Positions 39,449-48,033 of a stretch of DNA of 64,000 bases are shown here, piece by piece. The notes under the pieces are model-generated. The model was not told where the DNA came from and did no database searches. It saw only the letters and a list, made by a program, of their open reading frames with translations. Position 1 is the stretch's first letter. Every line of letters starts with the position of its first letter. This DNA is from Myxococcota bacterium (GTDB lineage Bacteria; Myxococcota_A; Polyangia; Nannocystales; Nannocystaceae), in NCBI GenBank assembly GCA_039028615.1, contig JBCCHT010000007.1:64001-128000 (forward strand), read 5' to 3'. Made by a program: the position numbers and the translations under genes.

Positions 39449-42076
39449 TCACCGTCGCGGCAGCGCGTCCGCGACTCCGTCGCCGTCTTCGTCGACCGGG
39501 GCCGCGCCGTCGAACCAATCGATCTCGGCGACGACCTCCGTCTCGATCCCCGTGGGGTGCACGCTCCGCGTGGGCACGTCGAGCTTCATGACCTCGTGGG
39601 GTCCTTCGCCGCCCGTGGTGAAGAACAAGGTGCGAGCGTCGGCGCCGTAACTCATGGCCGTCAGTCCGGGTGGAGTCACCAGTCGGCCCGTGGTCGCGAG
39701 CACCTCGGCCGACAAGGCCTCGTCGTAGATGCGGACCTCGTCGATCGAGCCGGGGAAGCTCTGTCGACAAACGTCGGTGTCGAGGCCCGAGCGACGACAG
39801 GTGGCGCGACGACCGTTGCCGATGACCAGCGGCACGTCGTTGCCCGGCATCGCGCCCTTCACCGGAGTGCTGGCGGTGAGCGCCCCGTCGACATACATCC
39901 GCAGCATCGCGCCGTCGTAGGTGACCGCCAGCTCGTACCAACGGTCGCGCTCCAGGCCCCGCGGGTGCCGAATCGTCTGGGGACCCGTGCTCGTCGTCAT
40001 GGAGAACGCGGGGCGCATCTCGGCCACGCGAAGCTGGAACGCACCATCGGTCTCGGCTCGGTCCGTCTTCGACATCAGCATCGTGTGCGCGTAGCTCCGC
40101 GAACTCATGTCGTCGACCTCGATGCGGAACCGGGCGGTCATCGTGAACGCGGCGAGCCCCGTCAGCCAAGCCGGCGACCCACACTCGAGCCGTCCGTCGT
40201 CGAGGAAATTGGCGACACGCCCCACCACGCCCTCGTCGGCCTGCTCCTCGTCCTCGATCGTCACCGGTCCGATCACGGTGCACGACGGGGGTGAATCGCC
40301 GAGCCGGGGCGCCTGCCCGTCGAACGACTCGAAGAAGCGCGGGCGATGGAGGGTGCTCTCGACCACGATCGAGCTTCGCACCATGACCGCCAGGTGCTCG
40401 CCCTGCGGGTCCCAGGCCGAGCGCCCGCAGCACTCGGGCGCAAACACGGGCATGGGCTCGAAGCGCCCCGCGTCCACATTGACGAGACCCGGCTGCGGCG
40501 GGATGCGCCCCTCGTTGACCCCCGGACCGTTGCAGCGAGACCCGAGCGCCACCACCGAGCCGTCGCGGGGGTTGATGGAGGGGAACATCAGCACCACCTC
40601 CGGCTGGATGAAGTGGCGTCGCTGCGAAAAGGGCCGCTCGGGCTCGACGCGAAAGAGCGTCTCGGCACAGCCGGGCCCGCGGGAAAAGAGCAGACCCTTG
40701 CCATCCGGTTCCCAGCTCAGCCCGCGGTACTCGTTGTTGCTGAGCGTGTCGGCGATGGTCTCGAAGCCACCGCCGTCGAGGCCGAACGTGTGCAGCCGCG
40801 GGATGCCGTCGTAGTCGCCGTCCGGGGTGCGATCGGACATCACGGCGATCGTGTCCTTGCGGGGGGAGACCATCGCCCCGGAAAACTCGTTCGAGATGCC
40901 ATCGCTGGTGAGCCCTTCGGTCATGCGGACCCGGGCCGAGCCGTCGTCGCGGACCAGCCACACCTCGGCGCGACCGCTGGCGCGGGAGATCGTCGTCAAC
41001 CATCCCCCCTGCGGCTCCGGGGTGGGCTGCACTCGGGCCTCGGCGACGGCGGGAGGCTCGGTCGACAGAGGTTCGGCCGTCGGCAACGCGAGCCACACTC
41101 CGGTCGCCGCCAAGGCGCCCAGCGCCCCCGCGCCCAGCACGGGTCCGAAGCGACGTCCTCGCGTCGGGCCACCGTGCGCCCACCGACGCAACGCCGGCAT
41201 CAGCTCCTCGCGAAGCTCGGCGATGGTCGCATGGCGTTCCTCGGCCTGGCTCGACCACGCCCGCACCAAGGGCTCGCGAAGGGCCAGCGGGAGCAAATCC
41301 GCGGAGTCGTCGTCCAAGGTCCACGGAGGTCGTCCCGTCGCCGCCTCGATCAACGTCACCGCCACCGCGTACACCTCGGAGCGCACGTCGTAGTAGCCCG
41401 CGTGGTGCTCCGGGGCCATGTACGCGGCCGTGCCCGGAGCCGCGCCCGTTCGCGTCAGCTTCTGCTCCGTCTTCACCAGCCCGAAGTCGAGCAGCTTCAC
41501 GTAGGGCGGGGTCGCGGACCAGAACACGTTGGCGGGCTTGATGTCGCGATGCAGCACCGCGGGGTGCAGCGCCGACAGCCCGTCGAACAACCCCTCGGCC
41601 AGGCGTAGCAGCTCGTGGGCGCGAAGCGGCCCGTCACGCAGCCGCTGCGCCAGGTCCATGCCCTCGAGGTGCTCCATCACCATATACGGACGCTCGTTCC
41701 AACGGCCCACGTCGAGCAGTCGCACGATGTTGGGGTGTCGAAGTCCGGCCAGCGCATTGGCCCCATTGACGAAGCGCTGCTCGGCCTCGTCCGCCGAGAG
41801 CAGGAGGATCTTGATCGCCACCTTCAGCGCTGGAACGGCAATATTGTGCGCGGCCCAGACCACCCCGAAGCCACCCGCCCCGAGGCGATGATCGAGTTCG
41901 AAGTTGCCGAGTCGCAGCCCCGGGCAGAGTTCGTCGGGCTCGGCCAGCCCCTCGTGTGCCGACAACGTCGAGCGCGGCGGCGGGATGTCGCCCTCCGCCA
42001 CGTGGGCGAGCAACTTGGCCAGGCCGTTGCGTTCGGCCTCGTCGAGCTCCTGCTCGGATGGCGAGTCGTCGGGCAT
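39449..42076 (-). CDS. Ser/Thr kinase-TM-TolB-like propeller with inserted LamG/ConA domain
   Basis: GAGGFGVV, VAIK, HRDIKPAN, DFG, GTAAYMAPE; LamG motifs WYELAVTYDG..LRMYVDG and F.GSIDEVRIYD.ALS. Confidence 0.88.
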   Translation of the reverse strand: MPDDSPSEQELDEAERNGLAKLLAHVAEGDIPPPRSTLSAHEGLAEPDELCPGLRLGNFELDHRLGAGGFGVVWAAHNIAVPALKVAIKILLLSADEAEQRFVNGANALAGLRHPNIVRLLDVGRWNERPYMVMEHLEGMDLAQRLRDGPLRAHELLRLAEGLFDGLSALHPAVLHRDIKPANVFWSATPPYVKLLDFGLVKTEQKLTRTGAAPGTAAYMAPEHHAGYYDVRSEVYAVAVTLIEAATGRPPWTLDDDSADLLPLALREPLVRAWSSQAEERHATIAELREELMPALRRWAHGGPTRGRRFGPVLGAGALGALAATGVWLALPTAEPLSTEPPAVAEARVQPTPEPQGGWLTTISRASGRAEVWLVRDDGSARVRMTEGLTSDGISNEFSGAMVSPRKDTIAVMSDRTPDGDYDGIPRLHTFGLDGGGFETIADTLSNNEYRGLSWEPDGKGLLFSRGPGCAETLFRVEPERPFSQRRHFIQPEVVLMFPSINPRDGSVVALGSRCNGPGVNEGRIPPQPGLVNVDAGRFEPMPVFAPECCGRSAWDPQGEHLAVMVRSSIVVESTLHRPRFFESFDGQAPRLGDSPPSCTVIGPVTIEDEEQADEGVVGRVANFLDDGRLECGSPAWLTGLAAFTMTARFRIEVDDMSSRSYAHTMLMSKTDRAETDGAFQLRVAEMRPAFSMTTSTGPQTIRHPRGLERDRWYELAVTYDGAMLRMYVDGALTASTPVKGAMPGNDVPLVIGNGRRATCRRSGLDTDVCRQSFPGSIDEVRIYDEALSAEVLATTGRLVTPPGLTAMSYGADARTLFFTTGGEGPHEVMKLDVPTRSVHPTGIETEVVAEIDWFDGAAPVDEDGDGVADALPRR

Positions 42077-42123
42077 CGTCCTGGGAAGTCGAGTGCCATC
42101 AGGATACTCTGACATCGACCCCG

Positions 42124-42786
42124 GTGACCGAGACCTCCACCATAGAAGAGGAGCGAGAGCAGCTCGCACGGTGGCGAGGAGGCGATCGTGAGGTCGGTCA
42201 GGCACTGGTCTCCAAGCACTATCTGCGGGTATTTCGGCACTGCCGCGGCCGCCTGATGGATCGAAACGCGGCCGAGGACGCCGTTCAGGTCACGTTCATG
42301 CGCATGCAGCAGCAGAAGATCGGCCTGCGCGGCCGCCTGCTGCCCACCCTGCTCAAGGTGGCCGAGTACGTCTGCCGAGAAGCCAAGCGCGACATGAACA
42401 AACACGGCCACGCCGGTCGGGTCTCGCGACTGAAGACCGACCGCGCTGTGGAGTCCATGATCGACGTCGCCCGCGAGGAGGACCTCGTGTGGCGGATCAT
42501 CGAGCGCCACCTGACCGAGCAGGAGCGCCACATCCTCGAGCTGAAGTACCTACGCGGGCTCGAGGGCGCCCAGATCGGCCTGCTCATCGGCGAGGACGAG
42601 GAGGTCAAGGTTCGACACCGCGTCCGCAAGATCAAGCTGAAGATGCAGGCCGAGCTGGAGAAGCTCACCACGGACACCGAGTTCGTGCGCTCGGCTCTGC
42701 ATACGCTGGACGAATGGACCCGCACGGTACTCGAGCGACGAGATCGCCAGGGAGCGCCCGTCACCGAGCTGGACGACTGGGCGTGA
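42124..42786 (+). CDS. ECF sigma factor (kinase-associated type)
   Basis: LARWRGGDREVGQALV..H, AEDAVQ.TF, L...ER.ILEL.Y..GL....I; C-terminal TLDEW extension. Confidence 0.8.
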   Translation: MTETSTIEEEREQLARWRGGDREVGQALVSKHYLRVFRHCRGRLMDRNAAEDAVQVTFMRMQQQKIGLRGRLLPTLLKVAEYVCREAKRDMNKHGHAGRVSRLKTDRAVESMIDVAREEDLVWRIIERHLTEQERHILELKYLRGLEGAQIGLLIGEDEEVKVRHRVRKIKLKMQAELEKLTTDTEFVRSALHTLDEWTRTVLERRDRQGAPVTELDDWA

Positions 42787-42796
42787 GCGTCGATGT

Positions 42797-44128
42797 CTAC
42801 AGGTCGACGGGGGCGTAGGTGATGTCGATCAACGAGGAGAGCGTCGACCACTCGCGGACGAGCTTGTCGCGCGCTTCTTTGCCCACCAGCACCTGGGTCT
42901 TGCCGCTCTCGTCGATGTCGAGAAACAGGTTGGTGACCCGCTCGTAGTTCGCCAACGCGAACTGAGAGTGCGTGGTCATGATGATCTGACAGCCGCCGAT
43001 CTTGCCCTTCTTCCTGCGCTCGATTCGCTCCTTGGTCAGGTCCACCAGGTACTCGTAGAAGTGATACTGGTTGAGCGGTGACAGGTGCAGCTCGGGCTCG
43101 TCGAGCAAGAACACGCAGCCGGAGGCTTCGAGGCACTCGGTGAGGATCAACAGGCTCAGGATCTCGTTTTCACCCGAGCTGAGAAAATCGACGGCCCGGG
43201 GCTTGTCCGTGGGACCCATCGTCACCGTCGCCGTGATCTCGTCGCCGTACGCCTCGTCCGGCCACGGCTCGCCAACAGGCCACGGCTCTCGCGGCGCGTC
43301 GGGGTCGGCGCCTTCGGGGCGAGGCTTGAAGTACTGGAACGTGACGTCGTGGAGGTCTCGGGCGACGAGCTTGGTCAGATCATCGTCGTCGTCGAGCTTG
43401 GGGTCTTGGATCTTGCGCCACGCTCGACGCAGCCGCTCGGCCCCCAAAAGTCGCGCCGACGGGCCGCGTGGGTCCTCGATGGCATGGAACCGTCGCACCA
43501 CCGTCGCGGCGAGCGTCTCTTTGAGGTGCTTGGGGCTCTCCCGCAGGTCCATGCCCACGCCGTAGTCGTACATGTCCGTATTGGCGTAGGACATGAAGGA
43601 GTGCGGAGGCACGAAGCCCTCCCGCTTCTTCCGCAGGTCCTTGATCCGCTTGGGAGGCCGAAGGCGCCCCTTCTTGCCGTTGTCCCGGCTGAACACCGAG
43701 TGCTCTTGCTTCTCGCCCGCGTCGACCTTCTTCGGCCGGCTATAGCGGATCTCGTCTTGGAGCTTCTCGTAGTCCTCCTTGCGCAGCGACACGTCCGAGG
43801 TCTCGTCTGCGGTGGCCCACCAGTGCTCGAACTTCCCCTCCGCCAACGCCACGGTCAGGTGATCCGGGTCGCTGCTGTGAAAGGCGACGTGGTGCTCGTG
43901 TGGACCGAGCCGGTAGCACAGCCGTACGGTCGCCAGGGGCTGACCCACCTCGTCTCGCCAGGGGATCTCCGGGCTGTGCCCCAGCAGGGCGAGGGCCTCG
44001 AGCAGCGTCGTCTTGCCCGCACCGTTACGACCGCTGACGACCACGAAGTTCTTCTCGAGGACGGTGGGCTCATCCTGGTCGAGGCCCTTGAGTCCTTCGA
44101 TCTGAAACGAACGAATCACGAGGCTCAT
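42797..44128 (-). CDS. Stand-alone ABC-type ATPase (AAA_21; PtuA/AriA/OLD-ATPase-like)
   Basis: N-terminal I.SFQIEGLKGL, Walker A GRNGAGKTT, signature LSSGE, Walker B/D-loop LLDEPELHLSP, H-loop TTHS; GGAGG RBS and ATGA overlap with the SIR2 stop. Confidence 0.88.
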   Translation of the reverse strand: MSLVIRSFQIEGLKGLDQDEPTVLEKNFVVVSGRNGAGKTTLLEALALLGHSPEIPWRDEVGQPLATVRLCYRLGPHEHHVAFHSSDPDHLTVALAEGKFEHWWATADETSDVSLRKEDYEKLQDEIRYSRPKKVDAGEKQEHSVFSRDNGKKGRLRPPKRIKDLRKKREGFVPPHSFMSYANTDMYDYGVGMDLRESPKHLKETLAATVVRRFHAIEDPRGPSARLLGAERLRRAWRKIQDPKLDDDDDLTKLVARDLHDVTFQYFKPRPEGADPDAPREPWPVGEPWPDEAYGDEITATVTMGPTDKPRAVDFLSSGENEILSLLILTECLEASGCVFLLDEPELHLSPLNQYHFYEYLVDLTKERIERRKKGKIGGCQIIMTTHSQFALANYERVTNLFLDIDESGKTQVLVGKEARDKLVREWSTLSSLIDITYAPVDL

Positions 44129-45531
44129 GCGACCTCCTGCAGGCACTCGCTCGCTCGGCGGGCGTACTCGTCGACGAATTCCATGAGCGGTCGGCCAACG
44201 GCTGGGCTCGGCACTTCCGCCTCCACCCAGCGGTGGTTCGAGCACCCTCGGGCCTTCAGCAACCGGTGAATGGCGGCGGTGACGTGGCCGTGCTGATCGA
44301 GATCGATGAACACTCGGCCCTGCTGGCAGATCCGCTCGATGTCGGCGCGCGAGGGGTACTCGGCCAAGTGGGGTAGATCCGAGTGCCGGGCATCGTGGTA
44401 GTAGATGCGAACCCGGGGCGGCCTCTCATCCCCCTCCGCCTGGTGCCACAGGATGGCGTTGCGAAGGGCGATCGCTGCGATGGTCTGGTCCTTGTCTTGA
44501 ACGCTGGCCAGGATGTACACGGGGGTGGCCGGGCGACTGTCGTCAACGCCGAAGCTCGTGCTCTGGGGCTCGGCGAGCGTACGCAGGACTCGCACGAAGC
44601 CGCTGTGATCCCAAGGGCGGTGCTGGTGGTAGAGCCACACCTGCGCCCCGCGTTCGTGCCACTGCTTCCACCGCGCTTCGTCGACCTCGAGGTGGCCGAT
44701 GAGGATCGCCGACTGACGCCCCTTGTACATATCGAGCGCCGCGTCGAGATGCGGATCCAGACCGCTCGACCCCAACACCAGGAGGTGGTGCTTCTTGCAG
44801 TCCCGCAAGAAACGGTCAATCAGCCGCTGTCGCTCTTCCGTTCCGTAGTCACAGACGGTGAGCGTCATCGTAGGCGGGTCACTCACCGTGCCGTGCAGCT
44901 TGACCACACAAAAGCCCTCGTACTTGTCGAGCTCTCGGTGATGCGTCGTGATGATGTGGGGAATCGTGCCGCGATTGCGAAGGGCGAGGGCGCCCTCGAG
45001 TGCCAGGTCGTAGTTGGTCGTATAGAACCGCTTCGTCGGGATCCGGGCCGCCAGGTGGTGCACGTACTGCGGCACCATGTGGTCGCTGGCGAGAAGCTCT
45101 GCCAAGTAGCTGCGAAAATCTCCGTCGTCGTCGGAACTCCTTTCTAGGCACGACCTCCGGATCTTCGTTGCGATGTCCTGAAGTTCCTCGAGGGTGAGCG
45201 ACTCTTTCGACAGCGCCTCCGAGACGCCCGCAGAAGAGAAGGCGTCGGAAAGCTCGGTCAGCAGTCCCTTCCAGGTGGGCATGGAGCTGCCGTCCGTGCG
45301 CTGGAGATAGGTGCTCAACCCCGCCCCGACATGGGTGATGAATCCCGTCCCTCCTCGAACGGAGGCTGGCGTCAGCCAGTCGAAACGAAGCTTGCCGATG
45401 TCGTGATTGCCGAGAAACGACGGCGGATCGGCCGACGCTTCGATGAGCTGCTGTTCCTCGAGCAACTGATTTTTGATGTGTGTGCGGTATTCCTTGATCT
45501 TGCTTCTGAGGGTTCGCTTGCTTTCGTTCAC
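44125..45531 (-). CDS. SIR2-like (SIR2_2) NAD-cleaving domain protein with extra C-terminal alpha/beta domain
   Basis: VGAGLS, P.W..L, YTTNYD..LE, VKLHG, LLVLGSS..DP; GGAGG RBS 4 nt before GTG. Confidence 0.88.
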   Translation of the reverse strand: MNESKRTLRSKIKEYRTHIKNQLLEEQQLIEASADPPSFLGNHDIGKLRFDWLTPASVRGGTGFITHVGAGLSTYLQRTDGSSMPTWKGLLTELSDAFSSAGVSEALSKESLTLEELQDIATKIRRSCLERSSDDDGDFRSYLAELLASDHMVPQYVHHLAARIPTKRFYTTNYDLALEGALALRNRGTIPHIITTHHRELDKYEGFCVVKLHGTVSDPPTMTLTVCDYGTEERQRLIDRFLRDCKKHHLLVLGSSGLDPHLDAALDMYKGRQSAILIGHLEVDEARWKQWHERGAQVWLYHQHRPWDHSGFVRVLRTLAEPQSTSFGVDDSRPATPVYILASVQDKDQTIAAIALRNAILWHQAEGDERPPRVRIYYHDARHSDLPHLAEYPSRADIERICQQGRVFIDLDQHGHVTAAIHRLLKARGCSNHRWVEAEVPSPAVGRPLMEFVDEYARRASECLQEVA

Positions 45532-45714
45532 GGGGCCTCCTGTCCGAGGCCGCCGGGCGCCGTCCGCCCTGGCCTCAGCGTGTACTGATGGCCAGAGCCC
45601 GCGCGTAACCCGCAAAGTGCATTTTTCTCCGAACTTTTCTGCTGCCCCGCCCTACTCCCTCGAATTCACCCGAATACGACCAACCAGCCGCCGCGTGTAC
45701 CATGGCGCCCGACC

Positions 45715-46212
45715 ATGCCGCTGCGCTCTTCCCTGCCTTCGCTGCTCGCCCTGCTGCTGGCCGCTGCATGCACCGGACCGGCCGGCCCCGGACCGCAGGA
45801 GGCCAACTTCCCCAAGGGCAGCCGCACGAGCGCCAACGCGGCGCTGCAGCTGGAGCTCACCGCGGCGCGCTACGAGATGCGCTTGGTCTCGATCGAGGTC
45901 GCGCTGCACAACCCGGGACAGACCGCCCTCACGCTCGAGCGGCAGGGCATCCTGCTCGAGTACAACCAGCTCGAGTTTCCGGTGACGGACTTGGGCACCG
46001 AGGTGCTCGCGAACGAGATCGTGGTCGACCCGGGCGCGACGATACAGCTCCAGCTGGGCTTCGTGACGGAGCAGGCTCTGCTCGAAGCGGCGAAGCTGCA
46101 CGTGATGTCCATCCGCCGCGGCCCGGAGAGCTGGGCCGAGCCGCTGACTATCGCGGTGCCGCCTCCCGCCGCGTTCGTCGACGCAGCGACCGAGCCCGAT
46201 CCCGAAGCATAG
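45715..46212 (+). CDS. Hypothetical lipoprotein (beta-sandwich-like)
   Basis: Lipobox LAAAC. Confidence 0.7.
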   Translation: MPLRSSLPSLLALLLAAACTGPAGPGPQEANFPKGSRTSANAALQLELTAARYEMRLVSIEVALHNPGQTALTLERQGILLEYNQLEFPVTDLGTEVLANEIVVDPGATIQLQLGFVTEQALLEAAKLHVMSIRRGPESWAEPLTIAVPPPAAFVDAATEPDPEA

Positions 46213-46222
46213 GCCGGAAGGT

Positions 46223-46257
46223 CCATCGCCGCCGAGCCAAAAGCCCGGCGGCAATGG
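46223..46257 (-). terminator. Hairpin downstream of the WD40 lipoprotein gene
   Basis: Minus strand CCAT-T-GCCGCCGGGC-TTTTG-GCTCGGCGGC-G-ATGG, with G-U pairs on the minus strand. Confidence 0.55.
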
Positions 46258-46269
46258 TGCGAGTCCTCG

Positions 46270-47745
46270 CTACTCGCCGGGCTCGACCTTGACCTGGAAG
46301 CCCTTCTTGAACTGGTTCTGCTTGCGGCCGTTGATGACCACGTTGGAGGTCTCTTCGAGGATCTTCAGCGTGACGGTCTTGCCGGAGACCTTGGTCACCT
46401 CGACCGTGGCGATGCCCATCCAGCCGCTCATGGTCATGCGACCCATCTGGCGCTCGAAGTGGCGGGACATGGACCCCTTGGTCCCCACCGCGGGCCGAGC
46501 ATCGGAGCTGGCGCGGACCCGCACCGTCTTGCCCTTGCGGGATTCGATGGTGCCCTCGAGCAAGGGGCCGACGGCGGCCGGATCACCACCCGCGGCCGGG
46601 TCGTCGCCCGCCTCGGCGACGGCAGGCACATAGGTCGACGCCGGCATGGCGGCAGTGGAGAAGCAGGAAATCCGCCCGTCGCGATCGCCCGCACAGGCGA
46701 TGGTGTTGTCGGCCGAGGCCCCGAGCCACTCGCCCGTGCGGTACTTCTCCGCCTTGGGGTCGTCCAACGACTTCCCCTCCTTCTCGCCCGCGGAGTAGAG
46801 CACGAAGCCATCGGAACCGGTGGCGGCGATGAGGTCGGGCGCCAACCAGGTCGCGCCGGTCAGCCAGGAGCCGCACCCGTGGGTGCCGACCACCTCCCCG
46901 CTCCCGACATCGTAGATGCGGGCCTCGAAGCTGCCGTCCTGCACGAATAGCCGCGTGCCGTCGGGCGAGGCCGCCATCGCAGTAGGGCGACGGTCGGTCC
47001 GCACCAGCTCGCGGGTGGCCTTGGTCGCCATGTCGTGAATGAAGGTGCCGCCCTCCTCTTCACCCGCCGCGACCCAGCGGTCGTCGGGCGCCACGGCGAC
47101 CCCCTCGACTTCGTCCGGCACGGTGAAGCTGTCGACTTCTTTGAGGGTCTTGGTGTCGACGATGTGCACCGCCCCCTTCCGGCTACCGAGCGCGACGAGG
47201 GACCGACCCCAGCCGACGACCTCGATGTCGCGCGAGCCGACCTTGCCCACCACCTTCTGCGCGAGGGTGGGAAACTCGAGGGTGCGAATCTCTCCGCTGC
47301 CGCAGAGGATCAGGCCTTCGGTGTCGGACACGATGCGGAGGCCGTTGTCGGCGACGTAACACGTGCGCGCGCTCTGGAGGATGCGACCGTCGTCGCTGGC
47401 GAGGACCCGGAGGTTGTTGCGACCTGCGCTCAAGACCCAGCCCGAGGGCGCCACGGCGATCGCATTGTTCCAGTCATCGGTGTCCTGGCCCCACGCGAAG
47501 GCGAAGGTGGGGCGCGGCGGCGGGGCTTCGACCGCCTCCTCGACCTTCGCGGCGGGGGGCGTCTCGGCGGCGGCCGTCGGTTCGGCGGCAGGACCCGAGT
47601 CGTCGGGGCGGGGCGCAGCAGCGACGTCGGGTTCGGGTGGTGAGGTCGGTGCGGGGGCGCCCGAGGTACGACATGCGGCCGACGACAGGGCACAAACCGC
47701 GCTCAGCCCGAGGGCGAGGCGGTACGACGAAGCAATGGGGGGCAT
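46270..47745 (-). CDS. WD40/beta-propeller lipoprotein with small C-terminal beta domain
   Basis: Lipobox-like SAAC; repeats such as VAVAPDDRWVAAG and MAASPDGTRLFV. Confidence 0.8.
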   Translation of the reverse strand: MPPIASSYRLALGLSAVCALSSAACRTSGAPAPTSPPEPDVAAAPRPDDSGPAAEPTAAAETPPAAKVEEAVEAPPPRPTFAFAWGQDTDDWNNAIAVAPSGWVLSAGRNNLRVLASDDGRILQSARTCYVADNGLRIVSDTEGLILCGSGEIRTLEFPTLAQKVVGKVGSRDIEVVGWGRSLVALGSRKGAVHIVDTKTLKEVDSFTVPDEVEGVAVAPDDRWVAAGEEEGGTFIHDMATKATRELVRTDRRPTAMAASPDGTRLFVQDGSFEARIYDVGSGEVVGTHGCGSWLTGATWLAPDLIAATGSDGFVLYSAGEKEGKSLDDPKAEKYRTGEWLGASADNTIACAGDRDGRISCFSTAAMPASTYVPAVAEAGDDPAAGGDPAAVGPLLEGTIESRKGKTVRVRASSDARPAVGTKGSMSRHFERQMGRMTMSGWMGIATVEVTKVSGKTVTLKILEETSNVVINGRKQNQFKKGFQVKVEPGE

Positions 47746-48005
47746 GGGCCCGAGGCTAGCGCCCTGCGGGTAGGCGGCACGGGGCGCGAGGCGAATCCCG
47801 TTCTTCCGCGGCCCAACGCCGATCTAGCCCTCGCCCGGCCAAGGAGACTCTTCGCCGCCCCGCGCTCGAATAGGGCCCCGCCGACGATCGTCGAACCCGA
47901 ACGAGCCCGCTCGATCGAGACACTGCGGCCCCGCCCTGACACCAGTGTCGCGATCGCGAGGCGCCAAACCGGAGCCAAATGCCCGTTCTGTGACCCCGTG
48001 CATGT

Positions 48006-48021
48006 TGGCACCATGGTTGCA
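48006..48021 (+). promoter_or_regulatory. sigma54 -24/-12 promoter
   Basis: TGGCACCATGGTTGCA; predicted +1 near 48032, ATG at 48034. Confidence 0.75.
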
Positions 48022-48033
48022 CAACAGCGCGGC

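Noticed and set aside
39449..45600. Mobile element or prophage carrying the SIR2-ATPase pair
   Set aside because: No integrase, transposase, tRNA or terminal repeats were seen, so boundaries cannot be supported.
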